The notes: generated from the sequence alone by a model not told the origin. A stretch of DNA of 64,000 nt from Candidatus Didemnitutus sp. (GCA_019634575.1 JAHCAY010000002.1:294897-358896), one strand, 5' to 3'; shown: positions 18,296 through 29,962, numbered from the stretch's first letter. A program made the numbers and translations.

Positions 18296-19606
18296 ATGAC
18301 CTCCACGTCCGCCCGTTCGCCGGCGATCAGTTTCATCTTCATCACCATGGTCCTCGCGATCATGGGCATGGGATTGCTCATTCCCGTGCTGCCCCAGCTC
18401 ATCGTGAAGATGCAGGGCGACAACGAAACTGCGGGCGCGCACGCCTACGGCGTCATCGTCGCGGTCTACGCGCTGATGCAGTTCATCGGTTCGCCGATTC
18501 TCGGATCGCTTTCGGACCGCTTCGGTCGGCGCCGCATCATCCTCATCGCCACGGCGGGCTCGGCGATCGACTACGTCATCATGGCCAACGCCCCGACGCT
18601 TTCCTGGTTGTTCGTGGCGCGTGTAGTCGCCGGCCTCACGGCGGGCATCATGGCCACGGCCAACGCCTACATCGTCGACGTGACGCCGCCGGAGAAACGC
18701 GCGGGCGCATTCGGCATGCTGGGCGGCGCGTTCGGCATCGGCTTCATCATCGGGCCGCTGCTCGGTGGTGTGCTGGGCGACATCAATATCCGCCTGCCAT
18801 TCTGGGTCGCGGCGGGTTGCGCGGCGACGAACTGGGTGTTCGGCTTCTTCGTCTTGCCGGAATCGCTGAAGCCGGAGAATCGCCGCGCCTTTTCCTGGGC
18901 GCGCGCCAATCCCGTCGGCGCCCTGCTCGCGCTCCGACAGCTCCCGGCCGTGCTGGCGCTGGCTTGGAGTTATTTCCTGCTGATGCTTGCCCAGATGATG
19001 CTCTTCAGCACGTGGACGCTCTACACGCTGCATCGCTATGAGTGGAGCATGCGCACCGTCGGGCTCTCGCTGATGTTCTCGGGATTGCTGATGGGCATCG
19101 TGCAGGCGACGCTGGTGCGCAAGATCGTGCCCAAGCTGGGCGACACCCGCGCGGTCGTCGTGGGCTTCTGCATTTCGTGCTGCGTGCAGCTTTGCTACGG
19201 CTTTGCCAGCCAGGGCTGGATGATCTTCGCGATCATTGTGGTCGGTTCGCTCGCGGGCATCTCGGGGCCGGCGCTGCAGTCCTACATCACCAAGCACGTC
19301 CCGGCCAACGAGCAGGGCGCCGTGCAAGGTGTGCTCGGCGGCCTGCAAAGCCTCGCTGGCATCCCCGCGCCGCTCATCGCGACGTGGAGTTTCGGCTGGG
19401 CGATCTCGCAGGACGGTGCGGTGCATCTGCCGTGGATCTTCTCGCGTGCGGACGGGGCCGTCACGTGGCTCGCGAACCATTTCCTGCCGCGCCATCCTGG
19501 CATCGCCTTTTTCGAGGCCGCCGCGCTGGTGCTATGCGCGCTGATGCTGACGATCCGCGCGTTCCGCAAAGACCACGAACCCATCCTGCACCCGGCGCAT
19601 TCCTGA
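18296..19606 (+). CDS. TCR/Tet (DHA1) family MFS efflux transporter
   Basis: GSLSDRFGRR motif A, LPESLKPENR, EQGAVQG; 12 TM pattern. Confidence 0.93.
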   Translation: MTSTSARSPAISFIFITMVLAIMGMGLLIPVLPQLIVKMQGDNETAGAHAYGVIVAVYALMQFIGSPILGSLSDRFGRRRIILIATAGSAIDYVIMANAPTLSWLFVARVVAGLTAGIMATANAYIVDVTPPEKRAGAFGMLGGAFGIGFIIGPLLGGVLGDINIRLPFWVAAGCAATNWVFGFFVLPESLKPENRRAFSWARANPVGALLALRQLPAVLALAWSYFLLMLAQMMLFSTWTLYTLHRYEWSMRTVGLSLMFSGLLMGIVQATLVRKIVPKLGDTRAVVVGFCISCCVQLCYGFASQGWMIFAIIVVGSLAGISGPALQSYITKHVPANEQGAVQGVLGGLQSLAGIPAPLIATWSFGWAISQDGAVHLPWIFSRADGAVTWLANHFLPRHPGIAFFEAAALVLCALMLTIRAFRKDHEPILHPAHS

Positions 19607-19798
19607 GTGCGCCGTCGCGGGCAAGGCCCAGCGCGCTTCAGCCAAGTTCTGCGCAGGCGGCGCGCTTGACCGCGCGGTGAAGTTGCGCAACCTCTCCCTC
19701 GCGCCCGAGACGCTTACCGGGACCGTGCGAAAGAACGCGACCCCGGCGGACCAAGCGCCCCGTCATCGACGCAAGAGCTTCAACCCCGCTTGCCCACC

Positions 19799-20038
19799 AT
19801 GACTTGGAAAATCGAGATCACGGAACCACACAGCGGTGAACTCGGAGAGGCGATCGAGCACGCCGATCACGAGTTCGCCATGGAAGAATACGCCTACGAA
19901 AAGGGAAAAGTGCTCGAGGTGTTCGTCCATAACGCCGACCACGGCGAATGGCACATCTTCACCGACCTGGACTCCGGCCACCGCTTCAAGATCCCGCCGA
20001 CGCGTTATCGCAAAGTTGCCGAGGTGCAGACCGCCTGA
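19799..20038 (+). CDS. Small acidic His/Glu-rich hypothetical protein (79 aa)
   Basis: ATG at 19799; host-like codons; followed by a terminator hairpin. Confidence 0.75.
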   Translation: MTWKIEITEPHSGELGEAIEHADHEFAMEEYAYEKGKVLEVFVHNADHGEWHIFTDLDSGHRFKIPPTRYRKVAEVQTA

Positions 20039-20074
20039 GCGGCCCGCGCTGAATTCGAAACTGCGTTTCGACTG

Positions 20075-20124
20075 ACCGCCACCCGCGCCGCACCGTTGTG
20101 CGGAGTCGGTGGCGGTTTGGTTTT
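20075..20124 (+). terminator. Intrinsic terminator-like hairpin
   Basis: ACCGCCACC...GGTGGCGGT stem followed by TTGGTTTT. Confidence 0.55.
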
Positions 20125-20273
20125 CATCGCGGCGAACCGCGGCAATGCGAACTCGCCGCCCCGCGCCCGTCGCACCTGGCGCTTCCGGCCTCACCAAACG
20201 AACAGGGCGGGCTCCACGCTGCCCGCCCTGTCGTTTGGTGCGCAGTTACACTGCGCTCAAAGGTTCCCTCCCG

Positions 20274-20921
20274 TCAAAATTTCCAGCCGTAACCGACCGA
20301 GAAGATCCACGGATCGAGCTGCGCGGTCGTCAGGCGGGAACCGCCGGCCGACACGTCGCTGCGGAGCGCGGTCCTCTTGAGATCGACATTGAGGTAATGT
20401 CCGTTGCCGAGATCGTAGTCGAAGCCGACCTGCCCGGAGAGGCCGATGCTGTTGTGCTCGAGTGCGAGCGGCACGCCCGCGACGCTGAGCTTGGTATTCC
20501 AGATCAGCGTGAAGTTCACGCCGGCGCCCACGTAGGGCTTGAAGGCCTCCGTGCCGTTGAAGTGATACACCGCCATGAAGTGCGGGGGCAGTTCCTGGAA
20601 CGTGCCGAGCTTGCCGACGCCGGCCAGCTTCACTTCGTGCTTTTGCGGGATGGTGAGAACCACATGGGCCGACCAGTTCGCGTTGAACACATAGTTCACA
20701 TCGAACTCGGGGATCAGCTTGCTCTGCACGCTGACGGAGTCGGCGGCGAAATTGATGCCGAGCGCCGAGAAGGCGTCCGACTTGTCGGCCATGCTCACAT
20801 AGGTGGCGCCGACGCGCACATTCCAGCCGGTCTGCTCTGCAGCGGCGGCGGAAACGGTAAGAAGGAGCGCCGCGAGGGCGCTGCCGAGGATGCGGGGGGT
20901 AGTTGTCAGTGATTTCAACAT
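20274..20921 (-). CDS. ompW: OmpW family outer-membrane beta-barrel protein
   Basis: Signal peptide; ELPPH...FKPYVGAGVNFT; LDPWIFSVGYGWKF with C-terminal Phe. Confidence 0.9.
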   Translation of the reverse strand: MLKSLTTTPRILGSALAALLLTVSAAAAEQTGWNVRVGATYVSMADKSDAFSALGINFAADSVSVQSKLIPEFDVNYVFNANWSAHVVLTIPQKHEVKLAGVGKLGTFQELPPHFMAVYHFNGTEAFKPYVGAGVNFTLIWNTKLSVAGVPLALEHNSIGLSGQVGFDYDLGNGHYLNVDLKRTALRSDVSAGGSRLTTAQLDPWIFSVGYGWKF

Positions 20922-21035
20922 CCGTGTGACAGTAGCTGAAACGCGCGTGCGCCGCCTCGCATCGGTTGGTGAACACCCCGCGCAAATTGACTATGCAATT
21001 CTTGCGCGCGTCCCCTGAGGGCAAAAAGCGCGCTG

Positions 21036-21689
21036 TCACGCGGGCGGTCCCGGCCGCCGCCGGCCGAACTCCGCATAAGCCGCCGTATCGGCGAGCATCG
21101 CCTTGAATGTCGCCACGAACGGATCGAGTCGGACGATACCGGAGAAAACCGCGCGATCACCGATCGCGCTCTCGAGGACGAAGGCCGGACGTTGCGCCAC
21201 GCCGAGCGCGTGGAACTCCGCCGTCGTCGCCCGCAGGCGCTCCGCGATTTCCGGCGTCTGCGCTCGCGCACGCAGGATCGTCGCGTCGAGACCGCCTGCC
21301 GCCGCGGCCACGGCGACAGCCACGTCCAGCCGGCCGACGGGCAGCCCCTCGCGATACGCCGCACGTGAGAGCGCCACGCGCACCTCGTCGCCCGTCACGC
21401 CGAGCTCGCGGGCGGCCTCGGCCACCGCCGACGCCGCCGGATAAGCGCCGGGAGTCGGAAGATCGTAGTAAGTGGATTTCAACACCACCGGCGACTGCAT
21501 GACGGCGCTGGAGCGTTCGAGGAACCAGTCGTATTGCGCGTGGCTCGTGGGAAAATCACCCGCGTCCATCAGCGCGATCTTCCATCCGAACTCCGCCCGG
21601 CCCGCGTAGCGCCGCTGCAATTCCGCCCAGGTCGGCTCGACCCAGTGGCACCATGATGACGTCACTTCCAGATAATAGGTGATTTTCAC
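21036..21689 (-). CDS. DsbA/FrnE-like thioredoxin-fold protein
   Basis: YYLEVTSSWC (single-Cys variant of CxxC); LGVAQRPAFVL. Confidence 0.8.
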   Translation of the reverse strand: MKITYYLEVTSSWCHWVEPTWAELQRRYAGRAEFGWKIALMDAGDFPTSHAQYDWFLERSSAVMQSPVVLKSTYYDLPTPGAYPAASAVAEAARELGVTGDEVRVALSRAAYREGLPVGRLDVAVAVAAAAGGLDATILRARAQTPEIAERLRATTAEFHALGVAQRPAFVLESAIGDRAVFSGIVRLDPFVATFKAMLADTAAYAEFGRRRPGPPA

Positions 21690-21800
21690 GGTCGGAGCGT
21701 TACGACGTGCGCTCCGCGGTCAACGTCCCGGCCGGCCCCGGACTGCACAGTGCCTGCACGCCGCATCGGATACATCAATTGCGCTGCGCGTCGCTTTGCC

Positions 21801-21828
21801 TCAAGCTGCGGACCGTGCCAGCCGATAT
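21801..21828 (+). promoter_or_regulatory. Sigma28 (FliA)-like promoter
   Basis: TCAA-N16-GCCGATAT, 40 nt upstream of ATG 21869. Confidence 0.65.
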
Positions 21829-21868
21829 GGGAGCATTGCCTCATTCATCCGTGCCCCGCAACCGCGTG

Positions 21869-24703
21869 ATGCCGTGGCTATGCTCGCTCGTGGCGGGCAT
21901 GGCGGGCTTGGGCATTAACCAATTCGGATTGCCGATCTTCGGCGGCACCGAGCTCATCTTTGGCGGCTGGCTGCCGTTGCTGGTGACTTACGCGTTCGGC
22001 GGACTTCCGGGCACGCTGGCGGCCGTCATTGCCTTCGGCCTCACTCCGCTCTCGTGGGGTCATCCGTGGGGCCTGCTCTGCTTCGGCCTGGAGCCGCTGT
22101 TCGTCGGCTGGTTGACGCCGCTGCTGCGAGGGAGACTGCGCGCCAGCGCCGCCTATTGGCTGTGCGTGGGCATCCCGCTGGTCGCGGTGGGCATCTTCGC
22201 ACTGTCGGATTTTCCGTTCCCGAGCAACTGGGCGATCGTCCTCAAGTATCCCGCGAACAGCCTGCTGATGATCATGCTGGCCGTGCCGGTCTACCACAGC
22301 CCGTGGGGACGACGCTGGCTCGGCACGATCTCGAACGAGCCGGCATTGCCATTGCAACGCGTGCTCTTCCAGCGCTTCGGCGTGATCGTGGCGCTCTCCA
22401 TCGCCGTCCTCGCCATCGTCGTCGGCCGCGACTTCGACCAGACGCTGCGCCGTGTCGCGGAGGCCGCACTCACCCGCGATGCCAAGGAAGCCGCCCGCGA
22501 CATCGCCAACGACCTCGGCGCCCACCAGCGCGCGCTCGCACTCGCGGTGCGCCAGACCGGCGCGAACGCCGCACCCGAGGAAATCGCCCAGCGTCTCGAG
22601 ACGGTGCGCCGCGAGTTCGGCGGCTTCCTCACCCTGCTCGCCGCGGACGCGCACGGCGAGATCATCGCCGCGGCGCCCGCCACCAGCGCGACCGGCGAGC
22701 CAATCGCAAATCGCGGCGTCTTCATCGCCGACCGCGCCTATTTTCGCGAGCCCATGGCCAGCGGCCGGCCGTTCATGAGCGAGGTTTTCCAAGGCCGCGG
22801 CTTCGGTGGCGATCTGATCGTCGCCGTCAGTGAGCCGGTGCTCGACGCACGCGGCCAGCCCACGCTCCTCCTCGAAGGCTCGCTCAAACTCAACGCCCTC
22901 CTCGATATCAAACCTCCGCCCGGCTACCTGCGCGGGCGCAGTCTCCTCCTCCTCGATCGCACCGGCCGCGCTGTCGCGGGCAACGGCGTGCTCGTGCACC
23001 CGGCGCTGACCGACCTCACCGGCGATCCCGTGGTGCAAGCCGGCCAGCGCGCCGGCGAAGCCGCCTACACGGTCGATCTCGCCTCGGCCGCACACGGCCG
23101 GGAGCGCTACGTCGTCGCCCACGCGATCGTGCCTGGCTGCGGCTGGCAGGTCTACCTGACCGAGCCGATCTGGAGCACGCAACGGCTCATCGCCGCCTAC
23201 TATCTGGCGACCTTCGTCGCCGCCGGCATCGCGGTGGGCCTTGCCTTGGTGCTCGCCCGCATCACCGCCGCCGACGTCACCGGCCCGCTCAACCGGCTCG
23301 TCACCTCCATCCAGGCGCTCGCGCGCCAGGAGACGGCCGCCCCCTTTCCCCTCGAAATCTCGTCCGCCTCGCGCGAACTCGCCGAGCTCGGGCTCGCCGC
23401 CCATGAGGCGGCCCTGCTGCTCAGCCGCGCCAATCGCGAGCTCGCCATCTCTCTCCACGAACAAAGCAAAACCCACCAGCAGCTCCGCCAGGTCCTGCTC
23501 CACCTCGACGACAAGGTCCGCCAGCGCACCGAGCAGCTCGAGGAAGCCCGCCAGCAAGCCGAGTCCGCCAACCGCGCCAAGAGCGAGTTCATCGCCAGCA
23601 CCAGCCACGAGCTGCGCACACCGCTCAACGTCATCCTCGGCATGTCCGAGGTCCTCCTCGAACGCACGCTCGGCGAACTCAACCCGCGCCAGCACGAAAG
23701 CGTCGCCGCGATCGAGGAAAGCGGCCGGCACCTCCTCGCCCTCATCAACGACATCCTCGATCTCTCCAAGATCGAGGCAGGCAAACTCGAACTCGACATC
23801 CAGGAGACCGACGTGCGCGGCACCTGCGAAGCCAGCCTCCGCTTCGTCCGCAACGCCGCCCAGCGCAAGCAGCACACCCTCGAATTCGCCTGCCCGGCGG
23901 ACCTCCCGCCCATCGCCGCCGATTCGCGCCGCCTGAAGCAGATCCTCGTCAACCTCCTCTCGAACGCCGTGAAATTCACGCCCGACGGCGGCCGCGTGCG
24001 CTTCGAAGTCGTGCCTCACACCGCGCCGGCCGAGGTCCATTTCCGCGTCAGCGACACCGGCATCGGCATCACGCCCGAGCAACAGGCGCGCCTCTTCCAA
24101 CCCTTCCAGCAAATCGACGGCGCCCTCAACCGCCGCCACGGCGGCACCGGCCTCGGCCTCGTGCTGGCCCGTCGCATGGCCGAACTGCACGGCGGCCGCA
24201 TCACGCTCGAAAGCGCCGCCGGCCAGGGCAGCTGCTTCTCCGTCATCCTGCCGATGCGCGCCGCCGAACGGCCCGCGCCACGCGCCCCCGCCCTCGCATC
24301 CTCCCCCGCCTACGCCGCTCCCGCCGGCACGCACGTCCTCATCGCCGAGGACAACGACACCAACGTCCTCATCTATCAGCGCAGCCCGATCTTCGCCGCG
24401 TGCCGCTTCACCCTCGCCCGCAACGGCGAGGAAGCGATCGCCGCCGCGCTCGCCGATCGCCCCGACCTCATCCTCATGGACGTCCAGATGCCCGGGATGG
24501 ACGGCCTCACCGCCACCCGCCGCCTCCGCGCCGACCCGCGCACCGCCGACATCCCCATCATCACTGTCACCGCCCTCGCGATGTTGGAGGACCGCACCCG
24601 CTGCCTCGAAGCCGGCGCCACTTCCTATCTCAGCAAACCCGTCAACCTGCGCGAGCTCGCCCGCCACGTCGCCGAGGCGCTCATCCGACCCGTCAAACCA
24701 TGA
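21869..24703 (+). CDS. Hybrid sensor histidine kinase/response regulator (N-terminal TM region, Cache-like domain, HAMP, HisKA, HATPase, REC)
   Basis: DRAYFRE (Cache), [10 protein letters not shown]-box, [40 protein letters not shown]. Confidence 0.93.
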   Translation: MPWLCSLVAGMAGLGINQFGLPIFGGTELIFGGWLPLLVTYAFGGLPGTLAAVIAFGLTPLSWGHPWGLLCFGLEPLFVGWLTPLLRGRLRASAAYWLCVGIPLVAVGIFALSDFPFPSNWAIVLKYPANSLLMIMLAVPVYHSPWGRRWLGTISNEPALPLQRVLFQRFGVIVALSIAVLAIVVGRDFDQTLRRVAEAALTRDAKEAARDIANDLGAHQRALALAVRQTGANAAPEEIAQRLETVRREFGGFLTLLAADAHGEIIAAAPATSATGEPIANRGVFIADRAYFREPMASGRPFMSEVFQGRGFGGDLIVAVSEPVLDARGQPTLLLEGSLKLNALLDIKPPPGYLRGRSLLLLDRTGRAVAGNGVLVHPALTDLTGDPVVQAGQRAGEAAYTVDLASAAHGRERYVVAHAIVPGCGWQVYLTEPIWSTQRLIAAYYLATFVAAGIAVGLALVLARITAADVTGPLNRLVTSIQALARQETAAPFPLEISSASRELAELGLAAHEAALLLSRANRELAISLHEQSKTHQQLRQVLLHLDDKVRQRTEQLEEARQQAESANRAKSEFIASTSHELRTPLNVILGMSEVLLERTLGELNPRQHESVAAIEESGRHLLALINDILDLSKIEAGKLELDIQETDVRGTCEASLRFVRNAAQRKQHTLEFACPADLPPIAADSRRLKQILVNLLSNAVKFTPDGGRVRFEVVPHTAPAEVHFRVSDTGIGITPEQQARLFQPFQQIDGALNRRHGGTGLGLVLARRMAELHGGRITLESAAGQGSCFSVILPMRAAERPAPRAPALASSPAYAAPAGTHVLIAEDNDTNVLIYQRSPIFAACRFTLARNGEEAIAAALADRPDLILMDVQMPGMDGLTATRRLRADPRTADIPIITVTALAMLEDRTRCLEAGATSYLSKPVNLRELARHVAEALIRPVKP

Positions 24704-26160
24704 AACCCCAATCCACCATTCTCGTCGTCGACGATGAGCCGCGCGCGCTCGCCCTCCTCCGCAACGTCATCGAGCCCGAGGGCCATCGCGTCCTCACCGC
24801 ACCCGACGGCGCCAGCACCCTCGCGCTGGCCGGGAAGGAGCATCCCGATGCCATCGTGCTCGACGTCATGATGCCCGACATGGACGGCTTCGAAGTTTGC
24901 CGCCGCCTGCGCGCCACCCCCGAACTCGCCACCGTCCCCATCCTGCTCCTCACCGCCCTCGACGATCGCGAATCGAAACTCCAGGGCCTCGATGCCGGCG
25001 CGGACGATTTCCTCACCAAACCCTTCGACGCCGTCGAGCTCCGCATCCGCCTCCGCACCATCTCGCGCCTCAACCGCTACCGCCGCCTCTACGAGGAATC
25101 CTCCCGCTACGAGGCCGCCATCACGCACTCCGCCGAAGGCATCGTCCTCGCCGAGCTCGACGGCACGATCGTGCTCCGCAACTCCGCCTTCACGCACCTC
25201 GTCCAATCGACCCACGCCGCGCTGCCCAACTTCTTCGAATATTTCTCCACCGAGCACGCCGCCCGGCTCCGCCACGACTCGGGCCCGGCCCCCACCCTGC
25301 GCCCGACCGAGCTGGAGCTCCTCCACGGCCGTGCCCAGCCCACCATCGTCGAAGTCACCGCCGGCTACGTGCCGTGGGAGCACCGCACCCTCCTGCAATA
25401 CCACGTGCGCGATCTCACGGAGAAGAAAAACCTCGAAGCGCAGCTGCTGCGCTCGCAACGCATCGAGCTGCTCGGCCAGCTCTCCGGCAGCGTCGTGCAC
25501 GACATGAACAACATCCTCGCCGCGATCGGCGGCAGCGCCGGACTCATCGAGCTCGATCCCTCCGGCAAGTTCCTCCCGCGACACCTCGACAACATCAAGA
25601 AAGCCGTCCAACGCGGCGCCGGCATGCTGCGCCAGCTGCTCCACTTCGCGCGCGGCAGCGACGGCCCGCTCGAGACCACCAGCCCGGCCGAGGTCGCCGG
25701 CGAAGTCGCCACGCTCGTGAAGGAATCGTTCGGCGGGCACTTCGAAGTCAGTTTCACCGCCGAGCCGCACCTCCCCGCCATCCGCGCCGACTCGACCCAG
25801 ATTCACCAAGTCCTGATGAACCTGTGCGTGAACGCCCGCGACGCCATGCCCGACGGCGGCGCGCTGGAACTCGCCGTCACCCGGCGCACGCTGACGCCCG
25901 CGGAACTCCCCGCCCTCGGCCCCGACGTCCGCGCCGGCGACTACGTCGTGCTCACCGTGCGCGACCACGGCACCGGCATCCCGCCCGAAGTCCGTGCGCG
26001 CCTCTTCGACCCGTTTTTCACCACCAAGCCCAAGGGGAAAGGCACCGGCCTCGGCCTCGCCACCGTGCTGCGCCTCGTGCGCCGTCACGGCGGCTTCGTC
26101 GAGCTCGAGACCGAAGTCGGTCAAGGCACCACGTTCCACTGCGGCTTTCCCGTCGCTTAG
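24700..26160 (+). CDS. REC-PAS-histidine kinase
   Basis: ATGA overlap with the upstream gene; [21 protein letters not shown]; HDMNN H-box; [10 protein letters not shown]; [13 protein letters not shown]. Confidence 0.92.
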   Translation: MKPQSTILVVDDEPRALALLRNVIEPEGHRVLTAPDGASTLALAGKEHPDAIVLDVMMPDMDGFEVCRRLRATPELATVPILLLTALDDRESKLQGLDAGADDFLTKPFDAVELRIRLRTISRLNRYRRLYEESSRYEAAITHSAEGIVLAELDGTIVLRNSAFTHLVQSTHAALPNFFEYFSTEHAARLRHDSGPAPTLRPTELELLHGRAQPTIVEVTAGYVPWEHRTLLQYHVRDLTEKKNLEAQLLRSQRIELLGQLSGSVVHDMNNILAAIGGSAGLIELDPSGKFLPRHLDNIKKAVQRGAGMLRQLLHFARGSDGPLETTSPAEVAGEVATLVKESFGGHFEVSFTAEPHLPAIRADSTQIHQVLMNLCVNARDAMPDGGALELAVTRRTLTPAELPALGPDVRAGDYVVLTVRDHGTGIPPEVRARLFDPFFTTKPKGKGTGLGLATVLRLVRRHGGFVELETEVGQGTTFHCGFPVA

Positions 26161-26188
26161 CCGGCCAGGCCGGCAGGAGTCTTTGCCC

Positions 26189-26215
26189 TAAAGTTCTCCG
26201 GATTCCCACCGATGG
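26189..26215 (+). promoter_or_regulatory. Sigma28-like promoter
   Basis: TAAAGTTC-N11-ACCGATGG (TAAA-N15), 34 nt before ATG 26250. Confidence 0.6.
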
Positions 26216-26249
26216 GAGGAATCGGTCACCCTTATCTGTCCGAAGGGCC

Positions 26250-26915
26250 ATGAAATCCTCGCGTATCCTCATTATCGACGACGATCAGCTCACTCGAGAT
26301 ATGCTCGAGGGCTGGTGCCTGCATTGCAGTGCCCATTGCACCACGGCGGCCTCCACTGCCGAAGCCGATGTCGCGCTCTCGACCGCGACCTTCGACGCCA
26401 TCATTTGCGACGTGCATCTGCCCGGCAACCGCCAGCTCAGCTGGGTCCGCCAGATCGTTTCCCAGGACACGTCGCCCGCCGTCATCATGATGACCGGCAA
26501 TCCGGAGCTGGAATCGACTCTCAGCGCCGCCAATCTCTCCGTCGCCGGTTACCTCGTGAAGCCGCTGAATCTCGTCATGCTGCGCGAACTCGTGACCGGC
26601 ATCGTCGACAACCGCCGGCAACAGCGCGCCCTGGTCGACCTCTCGCACGCCACCGCCCAATTGCTCGTCGCCGCCCGCAACAGCGAAGGCGGACAGGACC
26701 AACAACTTCAAGACCACCTCCTGCGACTGGCCCAGCAACTCCAGGCCCAATCGACCGTGCCGCGCACCGGCACGCTGGTCGGCCCGCTCCGCGAATCCGT
26801 CGCCGAAGCCATCGCCGTCCTCGAACGCACGAAGCACAGCTTCCGCTCCAAGGACCTCGGCGAACTCCGCCGCCGCCTCCAGCAAACGCTGGACACCGCC
26901 CGCGTCTCCGCCTGA
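26250..26915 (+). CDS. Response regulator with non-HTH helical C-terminal domain
   Basis: ILIIDDD, ICDVHLPG, MTG, YLVKP; helical tail ending RSKDLGELRRRL. Confidence 0.88.
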   Translation: MKSSRILIIDDDQLTRDMLEGWCLHCSAHCTTAASTAEADVALSTATFDAIICDVHLPGNRQLSWVRQIVSQDTSPAVIMMTGNPELESTLSAANLSVAGYLVKPLNLVMLRELVTGIVDNRRQQRALVDLSHATAQLLVAARNSEGGQDQQLQDHLLRLAQQLQAQSTVPRTGTLVGPLRESVAEAIAVLERTKHSFRSKDLGELRRRLQQTLDTARVSA

Positions 26916-27099
26916 GCGCGCCGCGTCTGGGTCCGTCGGACTACATGCGCGGTCCGCCTCAGCGCATCTTCTGATGCGAGGCTGTCCTAAAACTGGGTTC
27001 CACCGCAGGCCGCGTGCTTGCACACGCCCATTGCCCCCTGAGGCAGCGACCGGGATCGCTGTCTGCCATTTCAGCAAAGCGCTGCTTTCGGATGACTTC

Positions 27100-27127
27100 T
27101 AAAGTTCCGCGCGGACCTGACCGATAA
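27100..27127 (+). promoter_or_regulatory. Sigma28-like promoter of MCP gene
   Basis: TAAAGTTC-N12-ACCGATAA (TAAA-N16). Confidence 0.65.
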
Positions 27128-27244
27128 CAAAGGTAACGTTGCGGTGTGCCCCAGCACGACCGCCAGATCCGGGCTCGTTCCAGGCGGGCAAGAATCAGGA
27201 GCGACGTGTCGGCACGCCCTCGTGCCCGGTCCCACCGTATCCCC

Positions 27245-28798
27245 ATGAAATCGCTCTCCCTCGCCCAACGCATCTCCCTCGGATTTGCCACCGTCATCGC
27301 CATCACACTGGCGCTGGGAGCCATCTCCTTGAATCGCTTTTTCGCCGTATCTTCCGCCGGCGCCTACCTGGCCAACGATCCAGTGCCCGGCACGGTCGCC
27401 ATCCTGAAGATCAACGCGGAGTTCGAAAACCAGCTCGGCCTGCTCCGCGAATACATCTTCACCCCTGATCGCCCCAAAATCGCCGCGGAATACAACACGC
27501 AGATCGAACACGTCAAAAAGGTGCTCGCCGCCTACGACGTCACCATCACCGCCGCGGACGACCGCGCCATGTTCGAGGAGTTGCAGAAGGACTACCGCGA
27601 CTTCTCCACCGCCGCCGCCGAGATCATGGCCATGGTCGACGGCGGACGCGCGCAGGAGACGCTCAAGATCATGGACGACGGCATCGAGCCGATCTTCGCG
27701 CGGCTGGAAGGTCAGCTGAACAAGCTCATCGCCTTCAACGAATCGAATCTCGGAAACGGCGTCCAAAGCATCACCGAGGCCGCTTGGAGCGGGAAGAAAC
27801 TCCTCGTCGGCGGACTCATCCTCGCGATTGTCGCCGCCGTCGGCATCGCGTGGTTCATCACTCGCTCCACCAACCGCGCGCTCCACTCCATCGCCTCGCG
27901 CCTCGCCGCCGGCGCCGAACAAACCGCCGCCGCCGCCGGCCAGGTCTCCAGCTCCTCCCAATCCCTCGCCGAAGGCGCCAGCGAGCAAGCCGCCTCCCTC
28001 GAAGAAACCTCCGCGTCGCTCGAGGAGATGTCCTCGATGACCAAGCGCAACGCCGATAACGCCAGCCAGGCCAAGGACCTCTCCGCGCAAACCCGCACCG
28101 CCGCCGACACCGGCGCCGCGGACATGACCGAGATGAAATCGGCGATGGACGCCATCAAGCTCTCCTCCGGCGAAATCGCCAAGATCGTGAAGACGATCGA
28201 CGAGATCGCCTTCCAGACGAACATCCTCGCGCTCAACGCCGCGGTCGAAGCCGCCCGCGCCGGCGAGGCCGGAGCCGGCTTCGCCGTCGTCGCCGAGGAA
28301 GTGCGCGCCCTCGCCCAACGCTCCGCCACCGCCGCCAAGGAGAGCGCAGGCAAGATCGAAGACTCCGTCAACAAGAGCGAACACGGCGTCCGCATCTCCG
28401 GCAAAGTCGCCGACTCGCTCGGACAAATCGTCGACCGCGCACGCCGCGTCGACTCCCTCGTCGGCGAGATCGCCACCGCCTCCTCCGAGCAAAGCCAAGG
28501 CATCGTGCAGGTGAACCACGCCGTGTCGCAGATGGACAAGGTCACGCAAAGCAACGCCTCCGCCGCCGAGGAATCCGCCGCCGCCGCCGAGGAACTCAAT
28601 GCACAATCCGCCGAGGTCCAGCACCTCGTCCACGAACTGCTCCAGCTCATCGGCGGCCCGGCTCGCACCGACGGAAAATCGCCGACGCCAAACGCCATCA
28701 GCACGCGCCCCGTCGCCGCCGCTCGCCGCGCCCCGTCGCCGGTGAAGCCCGTCCGCCACGCCGCGCCGGCGCACGCCGAGGCGTTCGTCGACGCCTGA
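27245..28798 (+). CDS. Methyl-accepting chemotaxis protein (periplasmic four-helix-bundle-type sensor)
   Basis: Two TM helices; [43 protein letters not shown] signalling hairpin. Confidence 0.95.
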   Translation: MKSLSLAQRISLGFATVIAITLALGAISLNRFFAVSSAGAYLANDPVPGTVAILKINAEFENQLGLLREYIFTPDRPKIAAEYNTQIEHVKKVLAAYDVTITAADDRAMFEELQKDYRDFSTAAAEIMAMVDGGRAQETLKIMDDGIEPIFARLEGQLNKLIAFNESNLGNGVQSITEAAWSGKKLLVGGLILAIVAAVGIAWFITRSTNRALHSIASRLAAGAEQTAAAAGQVSSSSQSLAEGASEQAASLEETSASLEEMSSMTKRNADNASQAKDLSAQTRTAADTGAADMTEMKSAMDAIKLSSGEIAKIVKTIDEIAFQTNILALNAAVEAARAGEAGAGFAVVAEEVRALAQRSATAAKESAGKIEDSVNKSEHGVRISGKVADSLGQIVDRARRVDSLVGEIATASSEQSQGIVQVNHAVSQMDKVTQSNASAAEESAAAAEELNAQSAEVQHLVHELLQLIGGPARTDGKSPTPNAISTRPVAAARRAPSPVKPVRHAAPAHAEAFVDA

Positions 28799-28847
28799 CG
28801 CGCTCATCTCTCCTCCCGCCGCCATCATTTTTCCCTTCACGCCTGCA

Positions 28848-29030
28848 ATGTCCGGTTCGCTCGCTCCTCAACCTCACCCGGCCTCCGCCAAACCAACGCC
28901 GCCCGCCGGAAAATCCATCCCGCCCGGACACGTCGCAGTGCTCTGCCCGGCCGGTTTCAACGCGACCAGCGTCAAAACCGTCGACCCGAAGAAAGCAGTC
29001 TACGCGCGCGTCACCTACCGGCCACACTGA
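28848..29030 (+). CDS. Small hypothetical protein (60 aa), paralogue of 33040..33258
   Basis: CPAGFNATSV...KAVYARVTY aligns without gaps to the 33040 ORF. Confidence 0.75.
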   Translation: MSGSLAPQPHPASAKPTPPAGKSIPPGHVAVLCPAGFNATSVKTVDPKKAVYARVTYRPH

Positions 29031-29143
29031 AGCCCTCCGCCGCGCCGGAGCCTCCCGACAGAACCGCTGGGCGTGCCGCACGCTGGGACGCCCTCACGAA
29101 GTTGGAATCAAGCGCTGCTCCTCACCGGGCGAGCCGAAGAGTG

Positions 29144-29167
29144 GTCGCCGGTTCCCGCACCGGCGAC
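29144..29167. terminator. 9-bp hairpin between convergent genes
   Basis: GTCGCCGGT-tcccgc-ACCGGCGAC. Confidence 0.4.
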
Positions 29168-29215
29168 AAACGCGTCGGTGCGGAGATCGACGCCCACCCG
29201 GCCGCGCGAGTCCGC

Positions 29216-29962
29216 TCAGGGTTTTCCGCCGAACAGTTTCTTGATGCCTTCGCCAGCTTTCTTGGCCGCATCCTTCGTCTGTTCGACCGTGTTGGCGCCG
29301 ATGGTGCCAGCGGTCTTGCTCAACGCCTCCGCGGTGCCGCTCACGATTCCGCCGAGCACATTGCGCATGATCGCGCCCGCCGCCTGGTCCGGCGTGATGC
29401 CGCCTTCCTTTGTGCCGAGGTTGTCGATCGAGATGGGCGGCAGCGGCACGGGCACCGCCGCGGCACCGACCCCGAGGCGCGCCACGCCGTTGGTCAGGCG
29501 GAATTTCTTGATCTCAAATTTGATCGGCTTGCCGTCCTTCGCCACCGGCTGCTTGGCCTCCGGGTTCTTGCCGCCGGAGAATTCCTCGATGTTCTTCAGC
29601 AGGTCCTTGATGTTGCTCGAGACGATCTTGGTCTCGTAGAGGAATTCCGGCCCATCGACCGTGATCTCCTCAATCACGATGTGGTCACCGAGCAGCGACA
29701 ACGGCCGGATGGCGACGTGCACCTTGCCGAGCTTGAACGCATCGCGCTCGGACCAACCCTTCGGATTGCCGACCGCCAGCCCGGTAAGCGTGCCCGAGCC
29801 GGTGAGCGGCGAGATGGACGCACCGGCGAGCTCCACCTTCGTCTGCGTGAGCTTCGGCCCGAAGGCGTTCACGCCGGCCTTGACGATAGAGCCGAGGAAG
29901 AAGGTCGCGCCGACATAGAGCACGACGACCAGCACGAGGACGATCAGCAGGAGCTTTTTCAT
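29216..29962 (-). CDS. AsmA-like N-terminally anchored protein
   Basis: N-terminal TM; SISPLTGSGTLTGLAVGNPKGW; IVIEEITVDGPE. Confidence 0.8.
   Translation of the reverse strand: MKKLLLIVLVLVVVLYVGATFFLGSIVKAGVNAFGPKLTQTKVELAGASISPLTGSGTLTGLAVGNPKGWSERDAFKLGKVHVAIRPLSLLGDHIVIEEITVDGPEFLYETKIVSSNIKDLLKNIEEFSGGKNPEAKQPVAKDGKPIKFEIKKFRLTNGVARLGVGAAAVPVPLPPISIDNLGTKEGGITPDQAAGAIMRNVLGGIVSGTAEALSKTAGTIGANTVEQTKDAAKKAGEGIKKLFGGKP

Noticed and set aside
26916-27099. Cluster of short hairpins between the response regulator and the MCP1 promoter, considered as an sRNA
   Set aside because: No promoter, terminator U-tract or second copy to support it; short stems are expected at this GC content.
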